Origin: Heptranchias perlo
Lineage: Eukaryota
Direction: 5' to 3'
Assembly: GCF_035084215.1 (NCBI RefSeq)
Contig: NC_090363.1
Location: 12,276,001 to 12,340,000, forward strand
Length of the DNA stretch: 64,000 nt
Below, one piece after another: positions 49,231 through 62,429 of the stretch. Both the position numbers and the translations under genes were made by a program. The stretch's first letter is position 1; the number at the start of each line of letters is the position of its first letter. The notes under the pieces are model-generated. The model was not told the DNA's origin and made no database searches. It worked only from the letters and a program-made list of their open reading frames with translations.

Positions 49231-51948
49231 ATGGGAGGATCAGCAATTTTCTACGAATCAGTCATTTGCTATCCAATTCTTGCAATTATTGGTCTTCCCA
49301 GTAAGTAATAAGTTAATGACGAAAGGTCATCGACCTGAACCGTTAACTCTGCTTCTTTACCACAGATGCTGGCTCACTGAGTATTTTCGGCATTTTCTGA
49401 TATTTTTCAGATTTCTAGGATCCGCAGTATTTTGCTTTTGAAGTAATAACAAGCATTTATTTTTTGAACCATTGTTTAATTACATTGTTGCTTTTAATAC
49501 ATGCTGTTTGCCTCTATATCTTTGTTCCTTGGTTGCCCATTTTTAAAAATTCGTTAGTGGGATGTGGGCGTCGCTGGCGATGCCAGCATTTATTGCCCAT
49601 CCCTAATTGCGCTCGAGAAGGTGGTGGTGAGAAGGTGGTGGTGAGCCGCCTTCTTGAACCGCTGCAGTCCGTGTGGTGAAGGTTCTCCCACAGTGCTGTT
49701 AGGAAGGGAGTTCCAGGATTTTGACCCAGCGACGATGAAGGAACGGCGATATATTTCCAAGTCGGGATGGTGTGTGACTTGGAGGGGAACGTGCAGGTGG
49801 TGTTGTTCCCATGTGCCTGCTGCTCTTGTCCATCTAGGTGATAGAGGTCGCGGGTTTGGGAGGTGCTTTTGAAGAAGCCTTGGCGAGTTGATGCAGTGCA
49901 TCCTGTGGATGGTACACACTGCAGCCACAGTGCGCCGGTGGTGATGGGAGTGAATGTTTAGGGTGGTGGATGGGGTGTCAATCAAGTGGGCTGCTTTATC
50001 TTGGATGGTGTCGAGCTTTTTGAGTGTTGTTGGAGCTGCACTCATCCAATCAAGTGGAGAGTATTCCATCACACTCCTGACATGTGTCTTGTAGATGGTG
50101 GAAAGGCTTTGGGGAGTCAGGAGGTGAGTCACTCGCCGCAGAATACCCAGCCTCTGACCTGCTCTCGTAGCCACAGTATTTGTATGGCTGATAGGTGGTA
50201 GGTGGTAATCAGCAGGAGGTTTCAGCAGCAGCAGGTGGTTAGATTATTGATTCGAAATCTCTCACTTCTTATTTACTTCAAAATGACAACTTTTGTGATA
50301 TTATATCAGGCTCTCTGAATGTCTGCATCAAATGCAAGTTCTTCCCTTTGTTAAACGACGCGCAATCAGCCACCTGGAATAACTGTGGCCATCAGGTCGA
50401 ACGCGAGGATCCTTATGCGGAGTTTTAAATTGAATTTCTCTTCCAGATGTTAACAGGCCTGGTGTGCATCTCCAAGATGCTGTATTTCCGACTCCTGAAT
50501 TTTGTCACGCTGTGACTTGACTTTGGAGGCAAAATTAATCCAACCCGACAGTCGGGAAACTGACGGGGTCGAGTGTTACGCTGGTTTTATACCCCACCAG
50601 ATTTCACCCTCCATTGAAGTTAATGGGGTGTAAAACCGGCGTTTCACCCGATCCGTGGGTTAAAATTACCCCTTTTCTGTCAGAATTTGAAGCAAATCAA
50701 TGGCTATTTTACTGAACTCTGTTCATTACCCTCACACGAGGACGCGGCTTCTCATCAGTAATGTGAAACTGTCACATTAAATCACGTGTGACAAAGGAAG
50801 AGCCAATTTCGTTATTGGCACATACTTTATTCTCGAATGAGGTCAATTAAATCAGCACAGTAGTGAGTGAACTTGGTACCACCCTGTTCTGGTTGTCTCA
50901 GCAACCCACCCAGTGAGACTCGGAGGAATCCGTTTCAGTAACAAGCCTCCTGTCTCACAGCGACGAAACATTCAATTCCAAGGGAGTGTGATTTTATATC
51001 GCTAATCTATTTCTTCGTTAATTCTCCTGGTTTTTCCAATTTCTTACAGCGAACCTGATGTCAGTTGTGATCCTGTCACGGGGAAAGTGCGGTCTCTCCA
51101 AAGGAATCACTCGTTACATGGCGGCCATGGCATTGGCAGATCTAATGGTTTGCATGTTTAATGTAATTTTGCAAAACATCTTTCGGTATCATATTCTAAA
51201 TTCATGGTTGAGCTACACTTACGTGTGCCGTTTTACTGCTTTTATACAAGTATTTAGTAGCCAACTCTCTGTCTGGTTCACAGTATCATTCACCTTTGAC
51301 CGCTTCATATCGATTTGTTGTCAGAAACTAAAATTAAAATATTGCACCGAAAGAACTGCCTCTGTAGTTTTAACGATCGTGTGTTTGCTCAGCTTTTTGA
51401 TGAATATTCCTGTTTATTTCCGTTACGAGCCCTACTCTATTATTGACGATATACCGTGGGGCTGCCGTACAGTATCAGGACATTTTTATTCACCGGCATG
51501 GGTAGCTTACAAATGGATCAACACTCTCTCATCCCCAATTCTCCCATTCCCTTTGTTATTGCTGTTAAATTCTCTCACTGCCAGGCACATCTTAGTGGCC
51601 AGTAGATCTCGCAGAGCCCTGAAGAGCCGAAACAATGGGGAGAACAGCAGTGATCCCGAGATGAAGAACCGAAGAACATCCATCATTCTGCTCTTCGCTA
51701 TCTCGGGGAGTTTTATTGTGTTGTGGACGCCGATTACTGTAATAAACATCTGTGTCGGTGTGACGGAGACACCTACTTTCAAAGGTTCAAACTCACTTTA
51801 TTTGGCAATTAGAATCGCACTTCTGCTGATGTATTTGAGCTCCTGCACGAACACGTGCATTTATGTACTGACCCAGAGGAGATTCCGAGAGGAGATGAAG
51901 AATATGGTGAAATATCCGGTTACTGTCATTACTAAATTATTTAAATAA
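49231..51948 (+). CDS. GPR139/GPR142-like class A GPCR, copy B' (intact, exons 49231-49300 + 51050-51948, 322 aa)
   Basis: Exon 1 matches B; donor GTAAGT at 49301, acceptor TTACAG|CG at 51049/51050; open 7TM ORF to 51948. Confidence 0.9.
49545..50193 (-). mobile_element. Young LINE 3' end in intron of copy B' (duplicate of 14376-15005)
   Basis: ORF 49590-50174; carries a private short tandem duplication of GAGAAGGTGGTGGT near 49615-49642. Confidence 0.85.
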
Positions 51949-52389
51949 TTAAATTTTAATTCCTCGTATTTTCCTGGTATCCAGGTTCGTTGTTGCTACT
52001 TGAAGTGTTCGGCTGAGGCCAAATATTGCACCCATTGGTTCTCAACCTTCCACAACACCAGTTGGCCATTTTCCGACCTCACAAGGTGATGGTAGTTACG
52101 CTGCTGTTCTAAAACTCGCAATACCGATATCAGAAAACAAACCACACCGAATTTTCCAAACATATTGCTGAAATAATGTTTTAACATAAACTTCACAACG
52201 TTTCACAATTGTTCATTTTTTGAGGTGAAAGCACAGCGAGCAATGGTGCCCACCGGTTCTCAATGATTTGCAGAAGATTCCCTTTGGCTGCTACTATGAA
52301 GATATCAGATACACAACGTGAAGATTCCATCTGGTCTGCACGTGTGAGGGCATCAGAAACTCATCGGGAATGCTTCTTTTGTATCCAGT

Positions 52390-53025
52390 CTTAAAGGATG
52401 TCAGTTTTGGTTCCTGTGTGTAAGGGGTTGGAAGTTATGCTACAGCTATAGAAAGCCCTGGTTCGACCTCACCTGATATACTGTGTACAGCTCTGAGCAC
52501 CGCACCTTAGGAAGGTTATATTGATCTTGGAGTGGGTGCAGCATAGGTTTGCTAGAATGATAACTGGAATCCAAGGGTTAAATTAGGTGAGATTACACAA
52601 ACTATGGTTGTATTCCCTAGATTTTAGAAGATTAAGGTGCGAGTTGATCAAAGTTTTCAAGATATTAAGGGGAACTGAAAGGGTAAATATAGAGAAACAA
52701 TTTCCGCTGGTCGGGGAGTCCAGGACCAGTGGGATACCGCCTAAAAATCGAGCCAGAACCTTCAGGAGTGAAGTCAGGAAACACTTCAACTGGGGTGGTA
52801 GAAGTTTGGAACTCTGTTCGGCAATCGGCGGTTGATGCCAGCTCGATTGTTAATTTGAAATCAGAGATTGATCTATTTTTGTTATTCATAGGTATTAAAG
52901 GATTTGGGGCAAAGCCGGGTATATGAAGTTAATTCACAGATCAGCCATGAACTCATTGAACGGCAGAACCGCCTCCAGTGGCTAAATGGCCTACTCCTGT
53001 TCCTATGATGTCATGTTCCTATGAT
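52390..53025 (+). mobile_element. Older CR1 3' fragment (duplicate of 17200-17835)
   Basis: ORF 52587-52835. Confidence 0.78.
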
Positions 53026-54026
53026 ATCAGAGACACAACAATATATGTATTTCTGCAAAAAGGGACAGAAATTTTGTTTCTTTGTGATAAGCTCCACAAC
53101 TGTCTCCTGACTGGAGATTAATAGACACGGGAAGTCACATCACTGGGTGTGCGAGATTATATAACAATTGGACCATATTGTAAAATAACGGGACTTATTT
53201 ATTTAATTTATTCTTTGAATGTGGGCATCCCTGGATAGGCCGGACTTTATTGTCCATCGCTAATTGTCCTGTGAACCTTTTGTTTTATTCGTTCATGGGT
53301 TGTGAGCGTCGCTAGCAAGGCCAGCATTCATTGCCCATCTCGAATTGCCCTTGAGAAGGTGGTGGTGAGCCGCCTTCTTGAACCGCCGCAGTCCGTGTGG
53401 TGAAGGTTCTCCCACAGTGCTGGTGATGGCAGGCCTTCTGCCTTGAATCACTGTCAGTTGTTTGAAACAAATGTGTGGATTGTGTGGCCACTTTACAGCG
53501 TAGCGAACCATTACACTACCGTAGCCATGACTTCATTATAACGCAGTGTCCAGCTGGCCCAATCCGTGAATCTGAGCCTTGCTTGTAAATCATCCGTTCC
53601 AATTAGACGATCATGATTTGATTTTTGGCGTTAGGAGCTCAACAATTCGCTTCAATGCTCAAGGACTGGGGATGTGTAAAAGTTGGGCGTGGTCCGCTCT
53701 CCTGGTCAAATTTAAATGACCCCTCTGCGAAAGTGTGCCTGTCTGGATTCCAGGAAGAGCTCAGCTTGAATTAACCCAAGGTTATATCTCATGTCGAGAA
53801 TCACAGTGCATCCTCACAGGCAATGGATGATCATACCCTCAGGACCATGTGTCAGAATTAGCGGAAAACTTCCGTCGATGTTTACCTGCGAAATCCCTTA
53901 CATTTTGCAGAAATACATATCATATTGTATTGCAGATGATATCCGTGCACACGGAGACCAAGGTATTCCAGATCAGTTCTTGATGTCCTCAGACGCACAG
54001 TTCAGTTGCAATTTCAGTGTTCTGTC

Positions 54027-54263
54027 GCTGATATTTTTACTCATATGGACCAAATGCAATCTTTCTGTTCTGCAGATGATATGGTCAATCAGAGGGAGCA
54101 AATGAATCTTCCAGTTTTGTTTCAGATATCTTCACTATTGGGAACAAAGTTCATTTTCCCATTGTGTAGATGATACATTTACTCAAAGCGATGAAAGGGA
54201 ATCTTCCCATTGTGTATCTGACATCTTGACTGGTAGGGAAAAAAGGAATCTTCTATCCTTTGT
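54027..54263. repeat. 48-bp tandem repeat, 5 units (unit B')
   Basis: Duplicate of 18839-19075. Confidence 0.75.
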
Positions 54264-55612
54264 CAAGCACTGATGGGAATCTTTCCCAACTGCGTTTTCA
54301 TCTCAAAAATGAACAATTGTGAAAAATATTAAGGATTAAGTTACGCATGTGATCATCTAACGTTCACCAGATTGAAACATCTGGATGAAAGTGTCCAATA
54401 TGTCACTTGTACGTCAATGTTTTCTCCCAGTCTACATATATTGTAAATCTATCTTCAGAATTGATCGCAAGTGGGGCAATTCAAAAATCGAATTCATTGT
54501 CCGCATGCCTGATTGATTACTTTTTCTGTGCAGATCTGAATCAAATTGAAATGAATTTGTGATTTTAAAATATTTTAGAAAGCCAAATCTACAGAAATAC
54601 TTTTCCATGCAATTTGATTTGATATAACTGTCCTGCTTAACGAGTCGGAGGCCATTTTATCAGGGCATGAGTAATCTTCGAAGGGGCTGATGTGCAAATG
54701 ACATCATTCATGGTTCCATGATTGGACGGTAATAAATTTCGGCAAGAAACATTGGCGGATTAAAAGAGGAAAGTTGATTATATCGGCCTGCTATCAACAA
54801 AATGGTGGATATAATTGCATGATGAATGATAAAAGTAATTATTTTGGGAAAGGAACGGAATGATGCAGCAAACAGACTGTGGGGAGGTCCTCAATTGAAA
54901 ATAAAAGACTCAGGCGAAGGGCCATGAGCAACCGCGCAAATGGAGGGACATACGGGAAGTTTGACAGCAATAAGCCAATCGTTCATTCAAAATCTTAGTA
55001 TATTATCTTGTTTAGTTGTTCAAATGTTAAACCCTGTCAATGGCTTTGAATATCAGGAAAGTAAATTCCCAAATACTCACCAGTAGGAATATGATGGTTT
55101 ATGAAGGGGCTAAAAAGGGCATCAGTAGAACTGCCTCACCGAACTCCATACTGGTGATCAGAGATTAGAAGAGAACTTTCAGGTCGATGGATTAATTAAG
55201 TTTTAAAATTTGCCACCTAAATTTTGGAAAACACAGGGTTAAGTGCAATCGGCCCTTAGTTAGAAAGTCAGAGCAATCGACGTTCTTTGGGATAGAACTT
55301 TGACAAACAGCACTATAAGTAAAAAGGATATGAGGAATGAATGTAACCGACAGTGTGTAAACAGAACAACGCGTGCCTGAGATCAGACACATGCATCTCG
55401 AGAACCATAGGAAGAATTCTACCAGAGTTAGAGGTTTTTGGAGTCAATGAAAGGCATAATCCAACATACAGTTTATTATAATGTTGAAACATTACATAAA
55501 GTGACCGTGAGAATGCCTTGAAGACATTTTAGTGAAGTCTCACTATATGATTGGTATATTAATATATTCCAATTTGGCTTTCGCAATATTAACCCACATT
55601 CAAACATGTGTA

Positions 55613-57171
55613 TGGGGTAGGAAATCAACATAGGAACAAGAATAAACAATTCAGTCCCTCGACCCTTTCCGCTGTTCAATGAGATCATGGCTGATCTGTA
55701 TCCTAACTCCATCCACCCGCCTTGGTTCCTGATCCTTTAATAACCTTGGCTAGCAAAACTGTTATCGATCTCAGATTTAAAGTTATGAATTGAAGTAGCA
55801 TCTGTTGCTTTTAGTGGGAGAGAGTTCCACATTGCTACCACTCTATGTGTGAAGAAATGTTTCCTAATTTCTCTCCTGAATGGCCTGGTTATGATTTTAA
55901 GGTTATGTCCCCTTGTCCAAGACTCCCCAACCAGCGGAATTTTGTTCCCTCCATCAACCCTAGCAAATCCTTTCAAAATCCTAAAAACGTCAATTAAATC
56001 ACCCGTTAACCTTCTATATTCGAGGTGCTACAAACCTGGTTTGTGTATTCTCACCATATAATCTCACCCTTGGAGCCCTGGTAACATTTCTTCACTCAAC
56101 GGGGTGGTGAACCTATGGAATTCTCTACCACAGAATGCTATGGAGGCCAAGTCACTGAATATATTTAAGAAGGAGCTAGATAGATTTCCAGACACAAAAG
56201 GCATCAAGGGGTATGGGAAGAGAGCGGGAATATGGTATTGAGATAGAGGATCAGCCATAATCATATTGAATGACGCAGCAGTCTCGAAGGGCCGAATGGC
56301 ATAATCCTGCTCCTATTTTCTATGTTTCTATGTAACATTCTGGTGAATTTGCACTGCACTCCTTCCAAGGCCAATATATCCTTTCGGAGGCGCAATGCCC
56401 AGAACTGTACACAGTACTCCAGATGTAGTTTAACCAGGGCTTTGTATCGCTGTTGCAATCCTTCCTCCTTTTTATATTCTGGCCCTCTTGTTATTAAGGC
56501 GAACATTCCATTAGTTTTTTTGATTATTTTTTGTACCTGACTACTACATTTTAGTGATCTGTGTAGATGGACCATTAAATCTCTTTGGACCTCCACTGTT
56601 CCTAACTTTTCACCATTGAAAATTGCTCGGATCAATCCTTTTTTGGTCCTCGCACTTTTGGATGACCTCACACTTGCCTGAATTGAAATTTCAATAACTT
56701 CTCCACATCGAATGTTAGACTCACAGATTTATAATTTCCTGGTACTCACTCTCGTCTTTCTTAAATAATGGAGTTACATTTGCCGTATTCCAATCTAAAG
56801 ACGCAATTCCAGAATCGAGAGAGCTTGGGAAGATTATGGCTAAAGCATCTGCAATTTCCTCACCTCCTTCCTTTAAAATCCTGGGATGGAAACCATCAGG
56901 TCCTGGGGATTTGTCAGTCTATACTGCCCTTATTAATCCTAATTTTGTTGTCTTGCTTACATTAACGTCAGTGAGTTTCAGTCCTTGATTCATTATTAGC
57001 TTCCCTGGAGTGTTCGGTATATTATCCTTTTCCTCTACTGTGAAGATTGACACAAAATAATTATTCAACAAGTCTGCCACTTCCTTATTTTCATTTGCAA
57101 TATTACCAGCGTCTGTTTTGATTACCGTTTTTCTTCTAATATAATCGTAAACACCTTTTGTGTTGATCTTG
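55613..57171 (-). mobile_element. Old CR1 fragments with nested CR1 (56089-56331), truncated by the deletion
   Basis: Duplicate of 20425-21983. Confidence 0.78.
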
Positions 57172-58654
57172 CTATCCAATTCTGGCAATTATTGGTCTTC
57201 CCAGTAAGTAATAAATTAATGATGAAAGGTCATCGACCTGAAACGTTAACTTTGCTTGTTTGCCACAGATGCTGCCTCACTGAGTATTTCCAGCATTTTC
57301 TGTTTTTATTTCAGAGTTCCAGCATCCGCAGTATTCTGCTCTTGCAGGAATAACAAGCATGTATTAAGTGAAACATAAATGCATTGTTGCTTTCACGTTT
57401 TGCTGTTTGCCTCCATCTCTTTGTTCCTTGGTTGCCCATTTTATGATAAGCTGATTGAATAGAAATCTCTCACTTATCCTTATTTTCTTCAAAACGATAA
57501 CTATTGTGATATTATAGAGTGCTCTCGAAACGTATACATCAAATGCAAGTTCTCCCCTTTGATAAGCGCCTTGCAATTAGCTACCTGGAATACCTGTGGC
57601 CATCAGGTTTATCGTGAGGATCATTATGCGGAGTTTTAACCAGATTTCTCTGGCCTCCTTTCTCATAAATGATAAACAGCCAATGCTAAAGGAGTGTGAT
57701 TTTATATCGCTGATCTATTTCTTTGTGATTCTCCTGCTTTCTTTCCAATTTCTTTCAGCGAACCTGATGTCAGTTGTGATCCTGTCCCGGGGAAAGTGCA
57801 GTCTCTCCAAAGGAATCACTCGTTACATGGCGGCCATGGCAGTAGCAGATCTAATGGTTTGCATGTTTAATGTCATTTTGCAAAATATCTTCAGGTATCA
57901 TTTTCTAGATTCATGGTTGAGCTACACTTACGTGTGCCGTTTTACTGCTTTTATACAAGTATTTAGCAGCCAACTCTCTGTCTGGTTCACAGTATCATTC
58001 ACGTTTGACCGCTTCATATCCATTTGTTGTCAGAAACTAAAATTAAAATATTGCACCGAAAGAACTGCCACTATAGTTTTAATGATCGTGTGTGCGCTCA
58101 GCTTTTTGATGAATATTCCTGTTTATCTCCGTTATGAGCCCTACTCTATTATTGACGATATACAGTGGGGGTGCCGTACAGTAACAGGATATTATTCTTC
58201 ATCCGCATGGGTAGCGTACAAATGGATTAGCACTCTCTCATCCCCAATTCTCCCATTCCCTTTGTTATTGCTGTTAAATTCTCTCACGGCCAGGCACATC
58301 TTAGTGGCCAGTAGATCACGCAGAGCCCTGAAGAGCCGCAACAACGGGGATAACAGCAGTGATCCCGAGATGAAGAACCGAAGAACATCCATCATTCTGC
58401 CCTTCGCTATCTCGGGCAGTTTTATTGTGTTGTGGACGCCGATTACTGTAATAAACATCTGTGTCGGTGTGACGGAGACACCTACTTTCAAAGGTTCAAA
58501 CTCACTTTATTTGGCAATTGGAATCACACTTCTGCTGATGTATTTGAGCTCCTGCACGAACACGTACATTTATGCATTGACCCAGAGGAGATTCCGTGAG
58601 GAGATGAAGAATATGGTGAAATATCCATTTACTGTCGTTAAGTTATTTAAATAA
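57170..58654 (+). pseudogene. GPR139-like GPCR copy C', 5'-truncated (promoter, ATG and first 12 codons deleted; exon-1 remnant 57170-57203, exon 2 57759-58654)
   Basis: Only CYPILAIIGLP|GTAAGT remains, fused to CR1 sequence with an in-frame TGA just upstream (57164-57166). Exon 2 is open but carries L>P (IILPFAIS) and R>G (LAIGITL). Confidence 0.8.
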
Positions 58655-59074
58655 TTATATTTTAATTACTCGCATTTTCCTGGCATCTAGGTTGGTTTTT
58701 GCGACTTGAAGTGTTCGGCTGAGGACAGGTATTGCACCCATCGGTTCTCATCCTTCCACAACATCAGTTGACCATTTTCCCACCTCACAAGGTGATGGCA
58801 GTTACGCTGCTGTTCTAAAACTCGCCATACCAATGTCAGCAAACGAATCACACCGAATCCTCCAAACATATTGCTGATAGGATAAACTTCACAATGTTTC
58901 ACAATCGTCTATTTTTTGAACAATTGAGTGAGCGAAGTTCCCAATCGGTTCCCGACGATTTGCGGAAGATTCGCTTTGGCTCCCATTGGTGAAGATATCA
59001 ATTACATAACGTAAAGATTCCATCTGGTCTGTACGTGCGAGGGCGTCAGATACTCATCAGGGATACTTCTTCTG

Positions 59075-59720
59075 CCTCCAGTCTGTAAGGATGTCACTGT
59101 CGTCCCTGTGTGTAAGGGTTTGAAATTGATGCAACAGCTGTACAAAGCACTGACTAAACCACATCTGGAGTACTGTGTACAGCTCTGAGCACCGCACCAT
59201 AGGAAGGAAATATTGATCTTGGAGGGAGTGCTGCCTAGGTTTACTAGAATGATACCTGGACGCCAAGGGTTAAATTAGGAGAGATTACACAAACTAGTTT
59301 TGTATTCCCTGGAATTTAGAAGATTAAGGTGTGAGTTGATCGAAGTTTTCAAGATATTAAGGGGAACTGATAGGACAAATAGAGAAAAACTATTTCCGCT
59401 GGCCGGTGAGTCTCGGACTAGGGGATACAGCCTAAAAATAGAGCCAGAACCTACAGGAGTGAAGTTATGAAACACTTCTACACCCAAAGGGTGGTGGAAT
59501 TTGGAACTTTCTTCGGCAATCGGCAGTGGATGCTAGCTCTATTGTTAATTTTAAATCTGAGATTGACCTATTTTTGTTAATCAAAGGGAGTAAAGGATTT
59601 GGTGCTAAGGCGGGTATAGGAAGTTAGTGCACAGATCAGCCATGAATTCATTGAATGGAAGAACAGCCTCGAGGGGCTAAATGTCCTACTCCTGTTCCTA
59701 TGATCCTATGTTCCTATGAT
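59075..59720 (+). mobile_element. Older CR1 3' fragment (duplicate of 28420-29065)
   Basis: Near-identical sequence. Confidence 0.76.
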
Positions 59721-60785
59721 ATCAGAAACACAACAATATATGTATTTCTTCAAAGAGTAAGGGACAGAAATGTTGTTTCTTTGTGATAAGCTTCACACTG
59801 CTGTCCTGACCGGAGATTGATAGACACAGGAAGTCACATCACTGGGTGTGCGGTGACTATATAACATTTGGACCATATTGGAAAATAGCAGAACCTTTTT
59901 ATTTCATTTATTCTTCGAAAGTGGGCATCCCTGGCAAGGCCGTCCTTTATTGCCCATCCATAGTTGCCCTGATAACGTGATGACGGGCTTTCTTCCTTGA
60001 ATCACCGTAAGTTTTTTGAAACAAATATGTGGCTTGCGTGGCCACATTTGAGGGTAGGAAAGAGTCAACCAAGCACCTCTGGGCCAGAATGGATGGCTGA
60101 TTTCCTTCCCGAAAGGACATCATTGAAACGATTGGGTTTTTTAAAGTATCGGACTGCTTTATGATCACTTTTATTGGCTTTTATTTCCATAGAAACAGAA
60201 TAAAAATTCTCATAAAGTGATGGTGCAATTCACAGCATCTGGATTACTAGCCCAGCAATATAACCATTGCATTACCATACCCATAACTTCATTATAATGC
60301 GGTGTGCAGTTGGCTCAATCCGCGAATCTGAGCCTTGTTTCTAAACAATCCGTTCCAATTAAAAGCTCATGTTTTGATGTTTTTGGCGTTAGGAGCTCAA
60401 CAATTCACTTCAATGCTCAAGGATTGTGGACGTGTAAAAGTTGGGCGGGGTCCGCTCTCCTGCTCAAATTTAAATGACCCCTCTGTGAAAGCGTGCCTGT
60501 CTGGAAGCTGGGAACAGCTGAGCTTTGATTAATCCTAGAGTACATCACATGTCAAGAATCACAGTGCATCCTCTCAGATACTGGAAGATCATACCCTCTG
60601 GACCATGTGGCAGGCTTAGCCGAAAACGTCCGTTAATGTTTACCTGTGAAAGCCCTTACATTTTGCAGAAATACATATAACAATGCCTTGCTTATGGTAT
60701 CCGTGCACACTGAAACCAAAGGTATTCCTCATCATCTCCTGATGTCCTCCGGCGTACAGACCAATTGCAACTTCTCTGTTCTGCA

Positions 60786-61073
60786 GCTGATATTTTCACT
60801 CATATGGACCAAAGGCAATCTTTCCGTTCTGCAGATGATCTCGTCACTCATCGGGACCAGATGGAATCTTCCAGTTATGCATCTGATATCGTCACTCATA
60901 GGAACCAAAGGCAATTTTCTCAATGTGTCGATTATATATTTACTCATAGCAATGAAAGGGAATCTTCCCGTTGTGTAAATAATATCTTCACTCATAGGGA
61001 CCTGGTGGAATCCTGCCATTGTGTATCTGACATCTTGACTCGTAGGGGAAAAAAAGGAATCTTCCCCCCTTTG
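60786..61073. repeat. 48-bp tandem repeat (unit C')
   Basis: Duplicate of 30131-30418. Confidence 0.82.
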
Positions 61074-62429
61074 TCAAGCACTGATGGGAATCTTCTCCAT
61101 CTACGTTTTTATCTCAAATATGAAATGTTTTAAGCTTTAAGTTACGCATGTGATCATCTAACGTTCACCAGATTGATACATCTGGATGAAAGTGTTCAAT
61201 ATGTAACTTGTACTTCATTGCTTTTTCCCCGTCTACGTATGTTGTGAGTCTATCTTAAGAATTGATCGCAACTCAGGAAATGCAAAAATGTAATTCATTG
61301 CCCGCATGACTGATTGATTACTTTTTCGCTCTGCTGAGCACATCTGAATCAAAATTGCAATGAATTTATGTGATTTTAAAATATTTTTACTGAGCCAATT
61401 CACCAGAAATACTTTTCCATGCAATTTGATTTGATATAACTGTCCTGCTTAACGAGTCGATGGCCAATTTATCAGGGCATGAGCAATCTTCGAACGGCCT
61501 GATGTGTAAATGACATCATTCATGATGCAATGATTGGACGGTGATAAACTTAGACAAGAATCATTGGCGGATTAAAAGAGGAAAGTTGATTATATCGGCC
61601 TGCTATCAACAAAGTGGTGGATATGATTGCATGATGAATGATAAAAGTAATTATTTTGGGAAAGGAACGGAGTGATGCAGAGAACAGATTGTGGGGAGTT
61701 CCTCAGTCCTAAAAGACTCAGGCGATGGGCCATGAGCAACTGCGCAAGGAGAGGGACATAAGGGGAAGTTTGACAGCAATAAGCCAATCGTTCGTTCCAA
61801 ATCTTATGATATTAGCTTGTTTAATTGTTCTATTATCATCCCTATCAATGGCTTTGAATATTTGTAAATTAAATTACCAAAACACTCACCAGTCGGAATC
61901 TGATGGTGCATAAAGGAGCCAATGAGGTCATCAGTAGAACTGCCTCACCGAACTCCATACTGGTGATCAGAGATTGGAAGAGAACTTTCATGTCGATGGA
62001 TTAATTAAGATTTAAAAATTACCTCCTTAATTTTGGAAAGCACAAGGTTAAGTGCAATAGGCCTTTAGTTAGAAAGTCTGAGCAATCGACGTTCTTTGGG
62101 ATAGAACGTTGGCAAACAGCTCTATAAGTAAAAAGGATATGAGGAATGAATGCAACCGACAGTGTGTAAACAGATCAACACGTGGCTGAGATCAGACACA
62201 TGCATCTCGAAAACCATAGGAAGAATTCTACCAGAGTTAGAGTTTTTTGGAGTTAATGAAAGGCATGATCCAACATACAGTTTATTATAATGTTGAAACA
62301 TTACATAATGTGGCCGTGAGAATGCCTTGAAGACATTTTAGTGAGGTTTCACTATATGATTGGTATATTAATATATTCCAATTTGGCTTTCACAAGCTTA
62401 ATCCACATTCAAACATGTGCCTGGGGCAG

